Source: an uncultured bacterium
GTDB lineage: Bacteria; CSSED10-310; CAZUFC01
Reading direction: 5' to 3'
Assembly (NCBI GenBank): GCA_964619725.1
Contig: CAZUFC010000004.1
Location: forward strand, 75,420 to 139,419
Length of the DNA stretch: 64,000 nucleotides
Below, piece after piece: positions 1-10,499 of this stretch (within the stretch, counting starts at the first letter, position 1; each line of letters opens with the position of its first letter). A model generated the notes under the pieces. That model had not been told where the DNA came from and made no database searches. It was given only the letters and a program-made list of their open reading frames with translations. The position numbers and the translations under genes were made by a program.

Positions 1-1
1 A

Positions 2-1054
2 AGCGACGGAATACTGATTTTTGATTTAAAGGGACGGCTTATCCATTGCAATTTTCCTGCAAGCAGGTTTTTAGAGCTTGAGAATCAGGAAGACGAGAAT
101 CTGACGAACGGACATTATAAGCAATTATTTGGTGATGTAAGAGATTTAACGACGATAATAGAATCGGGTTTACTGAATCGTAAGCTTGTGAAAGAGCGCA
201 CGGTGAGGTTGGGGAGCGAGAAGGATTCAAAGGAACTGTTGGTTTCATCGTTTTTTCCGGAAAATGAGCAATCGTCATTAATAGGTCTTGCTGTTTTGCT
301 CCAGGACAGTGAGCGATTAAATCAGGTGAGTCAGCGTATAAGAAGGACGGAGAGGCTATCTGCTGTCGGGAGACTGTCATCGGAAATTGCGCATGAGATA
401 CGCAATCCTCTCAGCGCAATGGGGATGAATTTACAGCTTTTGCAGGAAAAGTTATCGAAGATTCTCGAAGACATGACGTACGACAAAATCAGGAATCATC
501 TGAATGTTTTGGATTATGAATTAAAGCGATTGACGAACTTTTTAGAATATTTTACTCATATATCGCGAAAGCGTCCATTGCGATTAAAATGGGTGGATAT
601 TCACAAGCTGACGGACGGGGTATTAAAACTGATAAAACCCAATGCCGGCGAAAACAATGTTGACATCAAGAAGACTTATGCGCCGGCCTTACCCGCGACG
701 AGGTGCGATCCCGATCAGATACGCCAGGTGGTCTTAAATCTTATCAATAATGCTCTTTATGCTATGAGAGACGGGGGGACATTAAGCATCAGCACGGAGC
801 ATAATATAAAGAAGGATACGGTAGAAATCCACATCAAGGACACCGGCGTGGGAATTAAGGCGTCAGAAATGGACAAAATATTTGATTGGTATTACACGAG
901 CAAATCCGGCGGAACAGGACTGGGACTGGGTATTGCTCATCAAATAATCACGCGACACAAGGGGACGCTGGACGTAAAAAGTCGAGTCAATGAAGGGACT
1001 CGCTTTGTTATTGAATTGCCAGTCGCCGGTCCCTGGAGGCAGATGGAGGAGTAA
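2..1054 (+). CDS. PAS-domain sensor histidine kinase (5' end lies outside the window)
   Basis: The frame is open from base 2 (SDGILIFDLKGRLIHCNFPA, PAS-like). It has an H-box (AHEIRNPL), N-box (NLINNA) and G1/G2 boxes (DTGVGI, GTGLGL). Confidence 0.93.
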   Translation, partial: SDGILIFDLKGRLIHCNFPASRFLELENQEDENLTNGHYKQLFGDVRDLTTIIESGLLNRKLVKERTVRLGSEKDSKELLVSSFFPENEQSSLIGLAVLLQDSERLNQVSQRIRRTERLSAVGRLSSEIAHEIRNPLSAMGMNLQLLQEKLSKILEDMTYDKIRNHLNVLDYELKRLTNFLEYFTHISRKRPLRLKWVDIHKLTDGVLKLIKPNAGENNVDIKKTYAPALPATRCDPDQIRQVVLNLINNALYAMRDGGTLSISTEHNIKKDTVEIHIKDTGVGIKASEMDKIFDWYYTSKSGGTGLGLGIAHQIITRHKGTLDVKSRVNEGTRFVIELPVAGPWRQMEE

Positions 1055-1056
1055 TA

Positions 1057-2421
1057 ATGGGAGATGCCGACCGCGTATTAATTATCGATAATGAAGAGAA
1101 CATACGAACGGCTTTGAAGGAAGCTTTGGAGGAGGAGAATCTGGTAATTGATTCTGCCGAAAATGGAGAAACGGGTATCAAAAAAATTGAGACTGCGCCG
1201 GCCCCTTATAATGTAATCATCACAGATTTGAAAATGAAAGGCGTCGATGGCTTGAAGGTACTTGAATTTTCCAAAGATCATTCTCCTTTGTCGGATGTTG
1301 TGCTCATAACCGCGTACGGGACGATAGAAACTGCCGTTAAGGCTTTGAAGTTAGGGGCTTATGATTATTTAACGAAACCTTTGGATTTGATTCACTTCAG
1401 AAATGTCGTTAAAAAAATCCTGGAAAAACAGAATTTGCTCCGTGAAAACGTTGAATTAAAGCAAATCCTCGACATTAAAAGCGGCGACGGACTGGTCGTC
1501 GGATCAAGTAAAAAGATCAGAGAAGTTTATGACATAGTCGATCAGGTGGCGGACACGGACGTTACGGTATTAATTGAGGGAGAGAGCGGAACGGGAAAGG
1601 ATGTCGTAGCGAAAACGATCCACCGGCGAAGTTCCAGGCATGATAAGCCTTTTATAATAGTCAATTGCGGAGCTTTACCGGAAACGCTTCTTGAAAACGA
1701 ATTATTCGGTCATGAAAAAGAGGCTTTTACAGGAGCTACAGGCATTAAAAAAGGACGTTTCGAGCTGGCGGACGGAGGCACTTTATTTCTGGACGAAGTC
1801 TCTGAGATGGGGAAGAACAGCCAGATTGATTTTCTCAGGGTGCTGGAGGACGGAGTTATTCAGCGAATAGGAGGAACAACGCCGCTCAAAGTTGACGTAA
1901 GAGTAATTGCCGCTTCCAATAAACCTTTGACAGAGCTTTGCGAGCAGGACCTTTTTCGGGAAGACCTTTATTATCGTTTGAACGTAGTATCTATTAACAT
2001 GCCTTATTTGCGAGAGAGAAAAGAAGACATTCCTATCCTGGTGGAAGCTTTTCTGACGGAATTCGGCATAAAACACAAAAAAACAGATATTCAAGTTTCC
2101 GAGGAAACCATGAAACTGCTCACAGATTATCCCTGGCCCGGAAATGTCAGGGAATTGAAAAACTGTCTGGAAAGAGCCGTCATATTGGGTAAAGGCAATG
2201 AAATACTAGCAAAACATTTTCCTCCATCTTTGCAGGAATTTTATTTTCCGAAGCATAAAATAGAAATCGAGGTCGGCGCATCATTATCTGAAATTGAACA
2301 GGAAGTCATTTCAAAAACGTTGAAGGCTTTCAACGGACACAGAAGGAAAACGGCTGAGATTCTCGGCATCAGCTTACGTTCTCTTCAGTATAAGATTAAG
2401 GAATACAACCTTGAAGTATAA
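1057..2421 (+). CDS. Sigma54-dependent response regulator, NtrC/AtoC/ZraR family
   Basis: Receiver domain (TDLKM), Walker A GESGTGKD, EAFTGA loop, Walker B LFLDEV, WPGNVREL and a C-terminal Fis-type HTH. Starts 2 bp after the kinase stop. Confidence 0.95.
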   Translation: MGDADRVLIIDNEENIRTALKEALEEENLVIDSAENGETGIKKIETAPAPYNVIITDLKMKGVDGLKVLEFSKDHSPLSDVVLITAYGTIETAVKALKLGAYDYLTKPLDLIHFRNVVKKILEKQNLLRENVELKQILDIKSGDGLVVGSSKKIREVYDIVDQVADTDVTVLIEGESGTGKDVVAKTIHRRSSRHDKPFIIVNCGALPETLLENELFGHEKEAFTGATGIKKGRFELADGGTLFLDEVSEMGKNSQIDFLRVLEDGVIQRIGGTTPLKVDVRVIAASNKPLTELCEQDLFREDLYYRLNVVSINMPYLRERKEDIPILVEAFLTEFGIKHKKTDIQVSEETMKLLTDYPWPGNVRELKNCLERAVILGKGNEILAKHFPPSLQEFYFPKHKIEIEVGASLSEIEQEVISKTLKAFNGHRRKTAEILGISLRSLQYKIKEYNLEV

Positions 2422-2514
2422 GACGGAATTTGTTTCAGACTGATTTAATTTTCATTTTTGTCGATTCAGTGAAAATTACGGGATGGAGTCTATGCCGTTT
2501 CTTCGAGAAATGGA

Positions 2515-3867
2515 GTGATAGCAATCGATTTATTCGATAGACAGAAAAACATCGCCAAGATGAGAAATGCCCCTTTAGCGCATCGAATGCGTCCTCGAAA
2601 GTTGAATGAAGTATTAGGGCAGAGTCATCTGACGGGAGAAGGCAAGCCGTTGTATCTGATGTGCCGAAAAAAGCGGCTGTTCTCTGTAATTTTCTGGGGT
2701 CCTCCGGGTACGGGGAAAACGACTCTGGCGCGGTTGACAGCATCGGCAGTAAAGGCTGAATTTTTTACATTAAGCGCAGTCGCTTCAGGAGTTGCCGATC
2801 TTCGTAAGGTCATCGCCAGGGCAGAGGACAACTTGGCTGCCGGAGGCAGGAGAACCGTTCTGTTCATCGATGAAATTCACCGTTACAATAAATCTCAACA
2901 AAGTCTTCTGTTGCCGAACGTTGAGGATGGAACGATTACTCTGATCGGCGCGACGACCGAGAATCCGGCATTCGAAGTAATCGGTCCTCTTCTGTCAAGA
3001 ATGAGGATATTTCGGACAAAAGCGCTGGATGAGGCAGATTTACGCAACCTATTAAAGAAGGCTTTAACAGACAATGAAAACGGACTGGGCGCTTTTACTG
3101 TTCAGGCGGACAAAGCGTTTATTAAAGCGGTCGTAGACCGCTCTGCAGGCGACGCCAGGCAGGCTTTAAATTGCCTGGAGACGGCGGCTCAGTTGAATGC
3201 TGATTATGGACAGGGGAAAATCCATTTGACCATTGAAGATTTTGATAATTCAAGCGGTATTGACCGACCGCTGTATGATAAGGGGGGAGCGGAACACTAC
3301 CAGACTGCTTCTGCTTTCATTAAGAGCATCAGGGGTTCTGATCCTGACGCAGCTTTATTCTGGATGGCGAAGATGATAAAAGGCGGAGAAGACCCGAATT
3401 TTATCATGCGGCGATTGGTAATTGCAGCGGCTGAGGATATAGGAAATGCAGACCCTACAGCCTTGATACTGGCTTCTGCCGCTGCCCGGGCTGTCGAATT
3501 CGTCGGACTACCGGAAGCCGAGATCATTATGGCGCAGGCTGTAACCTATGCCGCCTGCGCTCCCAAAAGCAATTCATCGATTGTCGCCGTAATGAAAGCC
3601 ATGCAAGATGTTCAGAATGAATCCAACCCCCTGGAAGTCCCCGATCATTTAAAAGGGGGATATACGAAACTGGATAAAAATCAGGGCTGGGGCATAAATT
3701 ATAAATATCCTCATGATTTCGATCATGCATTCATCGAACAGCATTACTTCCCTGACGGCATGACGCCCAGAAAATATTACGAACCTTCCGACAGCGGTCA
3801 TGAAGCAGGCTTTAAACGCAAATTAGAAAAAAACTGGAAAAATCGCAAACGCGCATCAAATGATTGA
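2515..3867 (+). CDS. rarA: Replication-associated recombination protein A (MgsA/RarA)
   Basis: PLAHRMRP, GPPGTGKTT, FIDEIHRYNKSQQ, GATTENP, SAFIKSIRGSDPDAA, YKYPHD. Confidence 0.95.
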   Translation: MIAIDLFDRQKNIAKMRNAPLAHRMRPRKLNEVLGQSHLTGEGKPLYLMCRKKRLFSVIFWGPPGTGKTTLARLTASAVKAEFFTLSAVASGVADLRKVIARAEDNLAAGGRRTVLFIDEIHRYNKSQQSLLLPNVEDGTITLIGATTENPAFEVIGPLLSRMRIFRTKALDEADLRNLLKKALTDNENGLGAFTVQADKAFIKAVVDRSAGDARQALNCLETAAQLNADYGQGKIHLTIEDFDNSSGIDRPLYDKGGAEHYQTASAFIKSIRGSDPDAALFWMAKMIKGGEDPNFIMRRLVIAAAEDIGNADPTALILASAAARAVEFVGLPEAEIIMAQAVTYAACAPKSNSSIVAVMKAMQDVQNESNPLEVPDHLKGGYTKLDKNQGWGINYKYPHDFDHAFIEQHYFPDGMTPRKYYEPSDSGHEAGFKRKLEKNWKNRKRASND

Positions 3868-3940
3868 ATTCCCGCACAGGATAAGCAAAAAAGCGTCGAA
3901 GCGTTTCCTTAAATTATGAAGCATCGGTTTTCTGGAAGAA

Positions 3941-6247
3941 TTAATTCCGGTTGAAGAACTTTTTGAGTTTGGTCAGGTCTTTTGTAGAGGCGGGATCGTG
4001 CGGAGAAGGCTTCCTGGGTTTCCTGGGTTTGCGTTGCTGCTTTTTTGAGGGTTTAGGACGAGTCAGTGATTTCATACTAAGTGAGATTCTTTTAAGTTCC
4101 GGCTTTACTTCCAGAATTTTGACTTTGACGACATCTCCTACTGAGGCAATATTCTGAGGATTCTTTACGAATTCATGAGCCATTTCTGAAATATGAACCA
4201 TCCCGTCCTGATGAACGCCAAGATCGACGAATACTCCAAAATTGGTTACATTTGTTATTCGGCCTTCTAAAATCATACCGGCTTTCAAATCGTCGATATC
4301 CATAAGGTCTGCCCTGTATTCTGGAATTTTGAAATTTTTCCTGGGATCCCTGCCTGGTTTTTTTAATTCTTGTGCAATATCTCTGATGGTGGGCATACCT
4401 GTTTTTTCCGTCACGAAACGTTTTAAATCAAGTTCGTTGATTAATTTATTATTAGCAAGCAACTCCGTAACGGTCGAATTTGTCACCTTGCAGATGTCAT
4501 TAACGATTTCATAGGACTCTGGATGTATTCCAGTATTGTCCAGCGGGTTCTCGGCCTCTCTGATCCGAAGGAATCCTGCGGCGAGCTGGAAAGTTTTCGG
4601 TCCCAAACCTTGCACGTTTATAAGTTGAGAGCGGTTTATAAACTTCCCGTTTGTATTTCTGAAATCAACGATGGATGCGGCGATCGAATCGCTTAATCCT
4701 GATACGTACGAAAGCAGACATTTGGATGCTGTGTTTAACTCTACGCCTACGTAATTAACGCAAGATTCGACTACGCTGTCCAGAGATTTTTTTAAACGTC
4801 TCTGATTGACGTCATGCTGGTATTGACCGACGCCGATTGATTTGGGGTCTATTTTAACCAGTTCGGCCAATGGGTCCTGGAAGCGTCTGGCGATGCTGAC
4901 GGCCCCCCTGATTCCCGCATCAAGATCGGGCAGTTCTTCTCTGGATACGGCAGAAACTGAATAAACGCTTGCCCCGGCTTCATTGACGGTTACTACGGGC
5001 GGTTTCGGACCGGAAGACTCGCCATATGCTTTTTTAATGAATATGTCTGTTTCGCGAGAACCTGTTCCGTTCCCCATAACCAGCGCTTCAGGTTGATACA
5101 CACCGATGAATTTAGTGAATTCCTTCATAGCTTCAATTTCTTTTTCCTGGCCGGAATGAGGATAAATAATAGTATGCGACAGATAGCGGCCGGTCTCATC
5201 GACTGCTGATAATTTACAGCCCGTTCTCAATCCCGGATCAATGCCGACGACGCGGATGCCTCCGGCATGAGGCGAGAGCAGGAGTTTTCGAAGATTTTCG
5301 GAAAAAACCTTAATGGCTTCGCAATCGGCCCTTTCCTTCAGTTTGGTACGTACGTCGAGTTCGATTTGGGGCAATATTAATCTTTTGTAGGAATCTTTAA
5401 TGATGCCTAGAAGATAACTGCCGACATCCGGATCGGCTGTCGTAAGGAAGACTTCTTCCATGTAATCCATTGATTTTTCATGAGGAACCGACAAATGCAT
5501 TTTCAGGAAGCCTTCCCGGCATCCCCGTCTGATCGCCAGATATCTGTGAGAAGGAATAGATTCTAGAGGTTCGTTGTAATCAAAGTAATCCTTAAATTTT
5601 TTTCCTGCTTCCTTTTTCTCCTCAACAGCTTCCGAAACCACGGCGCCGTCTTTGTAGAAAAGCTCTCTCAGAAAACGTCGCACCTCTGCATTTTCAGACA
5701 TCCATTCAGCGATAATATATCCTGCTCTTTCGAGGGCTTTATTGACGTCCGGCGTTCCTTTTTCTTCGGAAACATATTTTTCAGCTTCCGACTTCAGATC
5801 AATTTGATCTTGTTCGGTCAATATTTTTTTTGCTAGAGGTTCGAGGCCCGCTTTTCTGGCATCTTTAGCCTTGCTTTTCTTCTTTGGCCGGAATGGGAGA
5901 TAAAGGTCTTCCAATTCCTGCTTCACGCGGCAATCTTCGATCGACTTTTTCAACAGAGGAGTCAGCAACCCTTTATTCTCAATCGTACTTAAAATTTTCT
6001 GTTTTCTTTCTTCCAGTTCCTTGAAATAATGGTATCGCGATTCGATGTTACGTATGGTTACTTCATCCATTGATCCCGTCATCTCTTTTCGATAGCGAGC
6101 AATGAACGGAATTGTAGCGCCTTCATCGAATAAACGGATAAGATTGTCGATGTATTTCCTTTTAGTTTCAAATTCCTGATCAAGCAATTCGACTGCTTTA
6201 TTTTCAATATCGGTTAAATTTTCCTTCTCCATGCGGTTTATCCTCAT
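3941..6247 (-). CDS. tex: Tex RNA-binding transcriptional accessory protein
   Basis: GATIPFIARYRKE, YqgF-like GIDPGLRTGCK, VSIARRFQDPLAELVKIDPKSIGVGQYQHDV, HhH motifs and a C-terminal S1 domain. Confidence 0.96.
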   Translation of the reverse strand: MRINRMEKENLTDIENKAVELLDQEFETKRKYIDNLIRLFDEGATIPFIARYRKEMTGSMDEVTIRNIESRYHYFKELEERKQKILSTIENKGLLTPLLKKSIEDCRVKQELEDLYLPFRPKKKSKAKDARKAGLEPLAKKILTEQDQIDLKSEAEKYVSEEKGTPDVNKALERAGYIIAEWMSENAEVRRFLRELFYKDGAVVSEAVEEKKEAGKKFKDYFDYNEPLESIPSHRYLAIRRGCREGFLKMHLSVPHEKSMDYMEEVFLTTADPDVGSYLLGIIKDSYKRLILPQIELDVRTKLKERADCEAIKVFSENLRKLLLSPHAGGIRVVGIDPGLRTGCKLSAVDETGRYLSHTIIYPHSGQEKEIEAMKEFTKFIGVYQPEALVMGNGTGSRETDIFIKKAYGESSGPKPPVVTVNEAGASVYSVSAVSREELPDLDAGIRGAVSIARRFQDPLAELVKIDPKSIGVGQYQHDVNQRRLKKSLDSVVESCVNYVGVELNTASKCLLSYVSGLSDSIAASIVDFRNTNGKFINRSQLINVQGLGPKTFQLAAGFLRIREAENPLDNTGIHPESYEIVNDICKVTNSTVTELLANNKLINELDLKRFVTEKTGMPTIRDIAQELKKPGRDPRKNFKIPEYRADLMDIDDLKAGMILEGRITNVTNFGVFVDLGVHQDGMVHISEMAHEFVKNPQNIASVGDVVKVKILEVKPELKRISLSMKSLTRPKPSKKQQRKPRKPRKPSPHDPASTKDLTKLKKFFNRN

Positions 6248-6567
6248 CTCCCATGAACGTTATCAGAAAATACAATTGGCATCGGGAAGACTGTTATCCC
6301 GATGAAGATTGAAGGTAGCAATTCACCTTCTTTTTTTCAAGCCCGCATTTGAAATTTCCGAGGTTCCGGCAATGAGCCTGATTTTTAAAGGTAATTCCCG
6401 GGTTAAAAGTCGTCGAGTCACCCGCATTTACCGAACGATGCCTTTACTGAAACCTGTTGAAACAGGTAAAGCCGGGAAGCGCGGTTCAGCCCGGTTTGAT
6501 TATTATCCTCTGCCTGGACTTGGAAATTTACAGTCAATCGGCAGATTGAACTTCAGGGCACATTTCA

Positions 6568-6597
6568 TTGACATGGGGATTGAGGAGAGTATATAAA
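6568..6597 (+). promoter_or_regulatory. Putative sigma70 promoter for the M16/glycan operon
   Basis: TTGACA at 6568 with TATAAA 18 bp downstream, about 35 bp before the ORF start. Confidence 0.5.
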
Positions 6598-6631
6598 GAT
6601 CATTCGGCCAAGGACGTGCACTCCTCGCTTT

Positions 6632-9355
6632 ATGGATCGAATGATGAAAAAATGGGAAATTTCAAATAATTACGGTTTGCTGCAAAACGTCAAAAAAATG
6701 CGTCTGAAGAATGGCTTGCAAGTGATAACAAAAGAGGATTTTTCATCTCCTTTAGTCGCTGTTTTTTTGACTTATAACGTGGGATCGAAAGATGAAAAAC
6801 CTGGCTTAACCGGTGTTTCGCATTTTATTGAACACATGATGTTCAAAGGAAGTAAAAATTTCAGACCGGGAGAGATCGACAGAATAACGCAGGAGTACGG
6901 CGGATACAATAATGCCATGACCTCGCCGGATTTCACGACTTATTTTTTCTCTTTCGTTTCTGACGGATGGAAAAAAGCCCTTGAAATCGAATCGGACAGA
7001 ATGGTGAATTGCCTTTTCGATCCGTTGGAGTTTCAAAGAGAAAGGCGCGTCATAATTGAAGAGTCGCTTATGTACCGGAACTATCCAGTAAATACGCTTT
7101 ACGAAAAGGTACATCAAAAAGCGTTTCTTGAAAATCCGTACAGAAATCCCGTGATCGGCCAGCTTGGTGATCTGCAGAATCTTGAATACAAAGATTTGTT
7201 TGAATTCTACAGACAAAAATATGTCCCGTCGAACGCTCTAATGGTGGTCGCCGGAAATGCCCTTCATACTGAAATAATGGAGACTGCTGAAAAATATTTC
7301 GGCACGCTTCCTTCTGGAAATGTAAAAGAAACGAAATTTCCGCAGGAACCCGATCAAAATAGAGAGCGATGCGTTACCATTAAAAAAGATGTGCAGATTC
7401 CGATTATTCATCTGGCATACAAAGCGCCTCGAGCCTTCAGTGATGATTTTCCGGCTTTGACGCTTTTGTCTTTCATTTTCTCTGAGGGAAAAAGTTCTGT
7501 GTTGTCGAAGATGCTGATTGAGGAGAAACAATCGGCATCTTCATTATTTACTCAGTACAGGGCTTCCTATCTGGACTCTCTTTTTGACGTTGTAATTTCA
7601 ATTCATCCGGAAATCGACTACAGAGAGGTGATCCGGGCTTTCGATGATACTGTAAGGACATTAGCTGTTGATTTAAAGGATTCGATCGTGGAAAAGGCTA
7701 AACATCAGATGGAGGCTGATTTTGTAAAATCGCATGAAAGAATCGAAGATCAGGCCGCTATGCTCGGAGAATGGGAATTGCTGGGGGGCATTGAAAACAT
7801 CCCGGATTTCATTAATCAATTAAAATCATTGACTGCCAGAGACATAAGGGCTGTTATACGCAAGTACTTCAAAAAGAAAAACCGGGTACGAGGAGTTTTG
7901 TTGCCTGAGAAGGCATCTCACAGGAAAACCGTCAGAAAAAAAGGCCCCTTCCGTGGGATCGTTTCCTACCCGGCTGATTCTGTAACACTGGATTCCCAAA
8001 AGAAAATTCAAGTTAAAAATGAAACGCCAGTCTCCTTTAATAACTTCCGAAAATTCAAAATTCTCAAACCGGATCAATTTACCCTTGATAACGGGTTAAA
8101 AGTCGTTACGCTGCATAGACCTGCCCTGCCGCTCATTACTTTAAAATTGCTCATGAATTTCGGCTCAGTCCTGGAACCCGACGACAAATCGGGACTGGCC
8201 TATATGACTGCACGGATGTTAAAAGAGGGAACGATAAACAGGAATGCAATGGAAACTGCCGAAGCTCTGGAAAGAGTGGGCGCCGATTTAAGCGCTCGCT
8301 CCGGCGCTCTGACTACACAAATTTCCCTTGAATCTCTTTCCAAGGATTTTGAATTAGGAATTGAAATTATCCTGGATATTTTACAGAATCCTGTTTTTGA
8401 TGAAGATGAACTGATTCACGAAAAGCAACTGGTTACAGACTCGATTAAAGGCAAGTTGGATTCTCCCAAGCATGTGGCATCTAGCTGGTTCAGAAGGCTT
8501 ATTTATAGAGGTCATCCTCTAAGCAGAGCGGTCGAAGGAGAAATTCAAACCGTCGAAGGCCTGACGAAATCAGATTTGATTGAATTTCATTCAACTTTTT
8601 ACAGACCCGACAATGCCTTTCTCGTGATTGTCGGAAACCTGGATAAAGGAAAGGAATATATTAATTTATTAAAAAAACTCGAATCCTGGACCGCTTCCGG
8701 GGTTACTGCCGCTCCGCCGCCCGAAGTCAGGACGGAAAGGAATTCATCCATCAAATGCATCGAAATGGATAAGGAGCAATTAAATATTTTCATGGGGCAT
8801 CTGGGTATAAAAAGGAATTCACCTTATTACACTCCTTTGTTTTTAATGGACAACATACTCGGCTGGTCTTCGGGGCTGACCGACAGAATAAATTCCAGGC
8901 TAAGAGAAACTGAAGGGCTGGCGTATGATGTCTACTCCCACATTACGGTTACCGCTTCAAAAGCGCCGGGAGTGTTTCAGGCTTTTATCGGCACATCTCC
9001 CGAAAATGCTTCAGTTGCAATAAAAGGAATAAAAGAAGAAATTCGAAATATCAGAAGAAATCCAGTCAATAATGATGAACTCACACGCGTAAAAAATTAT
9101 AAGCTTGGGACTTATCTCACTAATTTTGAGACAAATGGGGACGTAGCCAATTATCTGCTCGACGTTCTTTATTATAATCGTTCATGGGATTACAGAATCC
9201 AGTTCGTGGAGCGCATGAAATCTGTGACTCCGGAAGAGATACAGGAAGCTGCGCAAATATGCCTGGACGAGGACAACCATGTTATAGTCATGGCAGGTCC
9301 GATTCCTCCGGAATTCAAAAATGAAGTACACCGGGACATCAATTTAGATATATAA
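6632..9355 (+). CDS. M16 (pitrilysin-type) zinc peptidase with fused active and inactive halves
   Basis: HxxEH motif (HFIEHMMFKGS) and NAMTS in the first half. The second M16 half (LDNGLKV...SGLAYMTARML, RLRETEGLAY) lacks the Zn ligands. Confidence 0.92.
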   Translation: MDRMMKKWEISNNYGLLQNVKKMRLKNGLQVITKEDFSSPLVAVFLTYNVGSKDEKPGLTGVSHFIEHMMFKGSKNFRPGEIDRITQEYGGYNNAMTSPDFTTYFFSFVSDGWKKALEIESDRMVNCLFDPLEFQRERRVIIEESLMYRNYPVNTLYEKVHQKAFLENPYRNPVIGQLGDLQNLEYKDLFEFYRQKYVPSNALMVVAGNALHTEIMETAEKYFGTLPSGNVKETKFPQEPDQNRERCVTIKKDVQIPIIHLAYKAPRAFSDDFPALTLLSFIFSEGKSSVLSKMLIEEKQSASSLFTQYRASYLDSLFDVVISIHPEIDYREVIRAFDDTVRTLAVDLKDSIVEKAKHQMEADFVKSHERIEDQAAMLGEWELLGGIENIPDFINQLKSLTARDIRAVIRKYFKKKNRVRGVLLPEKASHRKTVRKKGPFRGIVSYPADSVTLDSQKKIQVKNETPVSFNNFRKFKILKPDQFTLDNGLKVVTLHRPALPLITLKLLMNFGSVLEPDDKSGLAYMTARMLKEGTINRNAMETAEALERVGADLSARSGALTTQISLESLSKDFELGIEIILDILQNPVFDEDELIHEKQLVTDSIKGKLDSPKHVASSWFRRLIYRGHPLSRAVEGEIQTVEGLTKSDLIEFHSTFYRPDNAFLVIVGNLDKGKEYINLLKKLESWTASGVTAAPPPEVRTERNSSIKCIEMDKEQLNIFMGHLGIKRNSPYYTPLFLMDNILGWSSGLTDRINSRLRETEGLAYDVYSHITVTASKAPGVFQAFIGTSPENASVAIKGIKEEIRNIRRNPVNNDELTRVKNYKLGTYLTNFETNGDVANYLLDVLYYNRSWDYRIQFVERMKSVTPEEIQEAAQICLDEDNHVIVMAGPIPPEFKNEVHRDINLDI

Positions 9356-9372
9356 ATTTAAAGGAGAGAGAA

Positions 9373-10488
9373 TTGAAAACAGTCGTACCGTTTATCGATC
9401 TTAAGAGCCAGTATGAAACTTTAAAATCGGAAATATGGGACTCATGGCAAAAGATTCTGGAAAACACGGATTTCATATTAGGGGAAGAGGTAAAAAAATT
9501 CGAGGAGGAATTTTCGGAATATCTGGATATCGAAAGAGGAATAGGAGTCGCCTCCGGGACTGATGCAATACATTTAGCTTTAAGGGCAATGGGAATAGGG
9601 GAGAATGCCGAGGTCATTCTGCAAGCGAATACATTCATTGCCACGGCTTTTGCTGTTTCTCAGGCCGGAGCCGTTCCCGTATTCGTCGATGTGAATCCGG
9701 AAACGCTTCAGATAGAACCGGATAGAGTAAAGGAGGCAATAAGCCCTCGAACGAAGGCGATAATACCGGTTCATCTCTTTGGCATGACGGCGCCGGTACA
9801 AGAAATATTAAACATCGCCGATCATTATGGTCTTTCTGTCATTGAAGATGCCTGTCAATCACATGGAGCGGAAATGAACGGTAAAAAAGCGGGTTCTTTC
9901 GCCCAGCTCGCCGCATTCAGTTTTTATCCGGGGAAAAACCTGGGAGCATACGGCGATGCGGGTTTCGTTGCCGTAAATGACGGCGAATTGGGCAAACGTA
10001 TAGAAATGTTAAGGAATTACGGCCAGGCGGAAAAGTTCAATCATCTGCATAAAGGGTTCAACAGCCGTTTGGATACGCTGCAGGCTGCTGTATTAAGAAT
10101 CAAACTGAGGAGACTTGAAGAGTGGAATGTAAACAGAAGAAAAGTCGCTGATTATTATCGGGAACGCTTGAAAAATACGAATGTAAAGCTGACCAAAGTT
10201 CCTGAAAATTGTACTCCCGTTTATCATTTGTACATCGTTCGAGTTTCTTCTCGAGACAAGATCAGGGAGGGGCTGAATGCATCGGGAATTCAAACGGGGT
10301 TGCATTATCCGTGCCCGATACATCTGCAGCCGTGTTACAGTGAGCTGGGCTATAAAAAGGGTGATTTCCCTGTTGCGGAAGAAGCCGCCGAACAGATGAT
10401 CTCTTTGCCTGTTTTTCCTGAAATGACTGAGGAGCAGGTTGATTATACAACGAGTAAATTGTTGGAATTAATTTCTGAAACGGCATAA
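9373..10488 (+). CDS. DegT/DnrJ/EryC1/StrS nucleotide-sugar aminotransferase
   Basis: VPFIDLK, SGTDAIHLAL, IEDACQSHGA, FSFYPGKNLGAYGDAG (PLP Lys). TTG start after AAGGAG. Confidence 0.95.
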   Translation: MKTVVPFIDLKSQYETLKSEIWDSWQKILENTDFILGEEVKKFEEEFSEYLDIERGIGVASGTDAIHLALRAMGIGENAEVILQANTFIATAFAVSQAGAVPVFVDVNPETLQIEPDRVKEAISPRTKAIIPVHLFGMTAPVQEILNIADHYGLSVIEDACQSHGAEMNGKKAGSFAQLAAFSFYPGKNLGAYGDAGFVAVNDGELGKRIEMLRNYGQAEKFNHLHKGFNSRLDTLQAAVLRIKLRRLEEWNVNRRKVADYYRERLKNTNVKLTKVPENCTPVYHLYIVRVSSRDKIREGLNASGIQTGLHYPCPIHLQPCYSELGYKKGDFPVAEEAAEQMISLPVFPEMTEEQVDYTTSKLLELISETA

Positions 10489-10499
10489 GAGGTGATGCA

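Noticed and set aside
6445-6480. c-di-GMP-I riboswitch-like AAACCTGTTGAAACAGGTAAAGCC
   Set aside because: It lacks the conserved GGCAAA/GACGCAAA elements and the P3 arm.
6309-6596. 95-aa ORF in the tex/M16 intergenic region
   Set aside because: TTG start, no recognisable motif, and it runs through a terminator-like hairpin and the predicted promoter.
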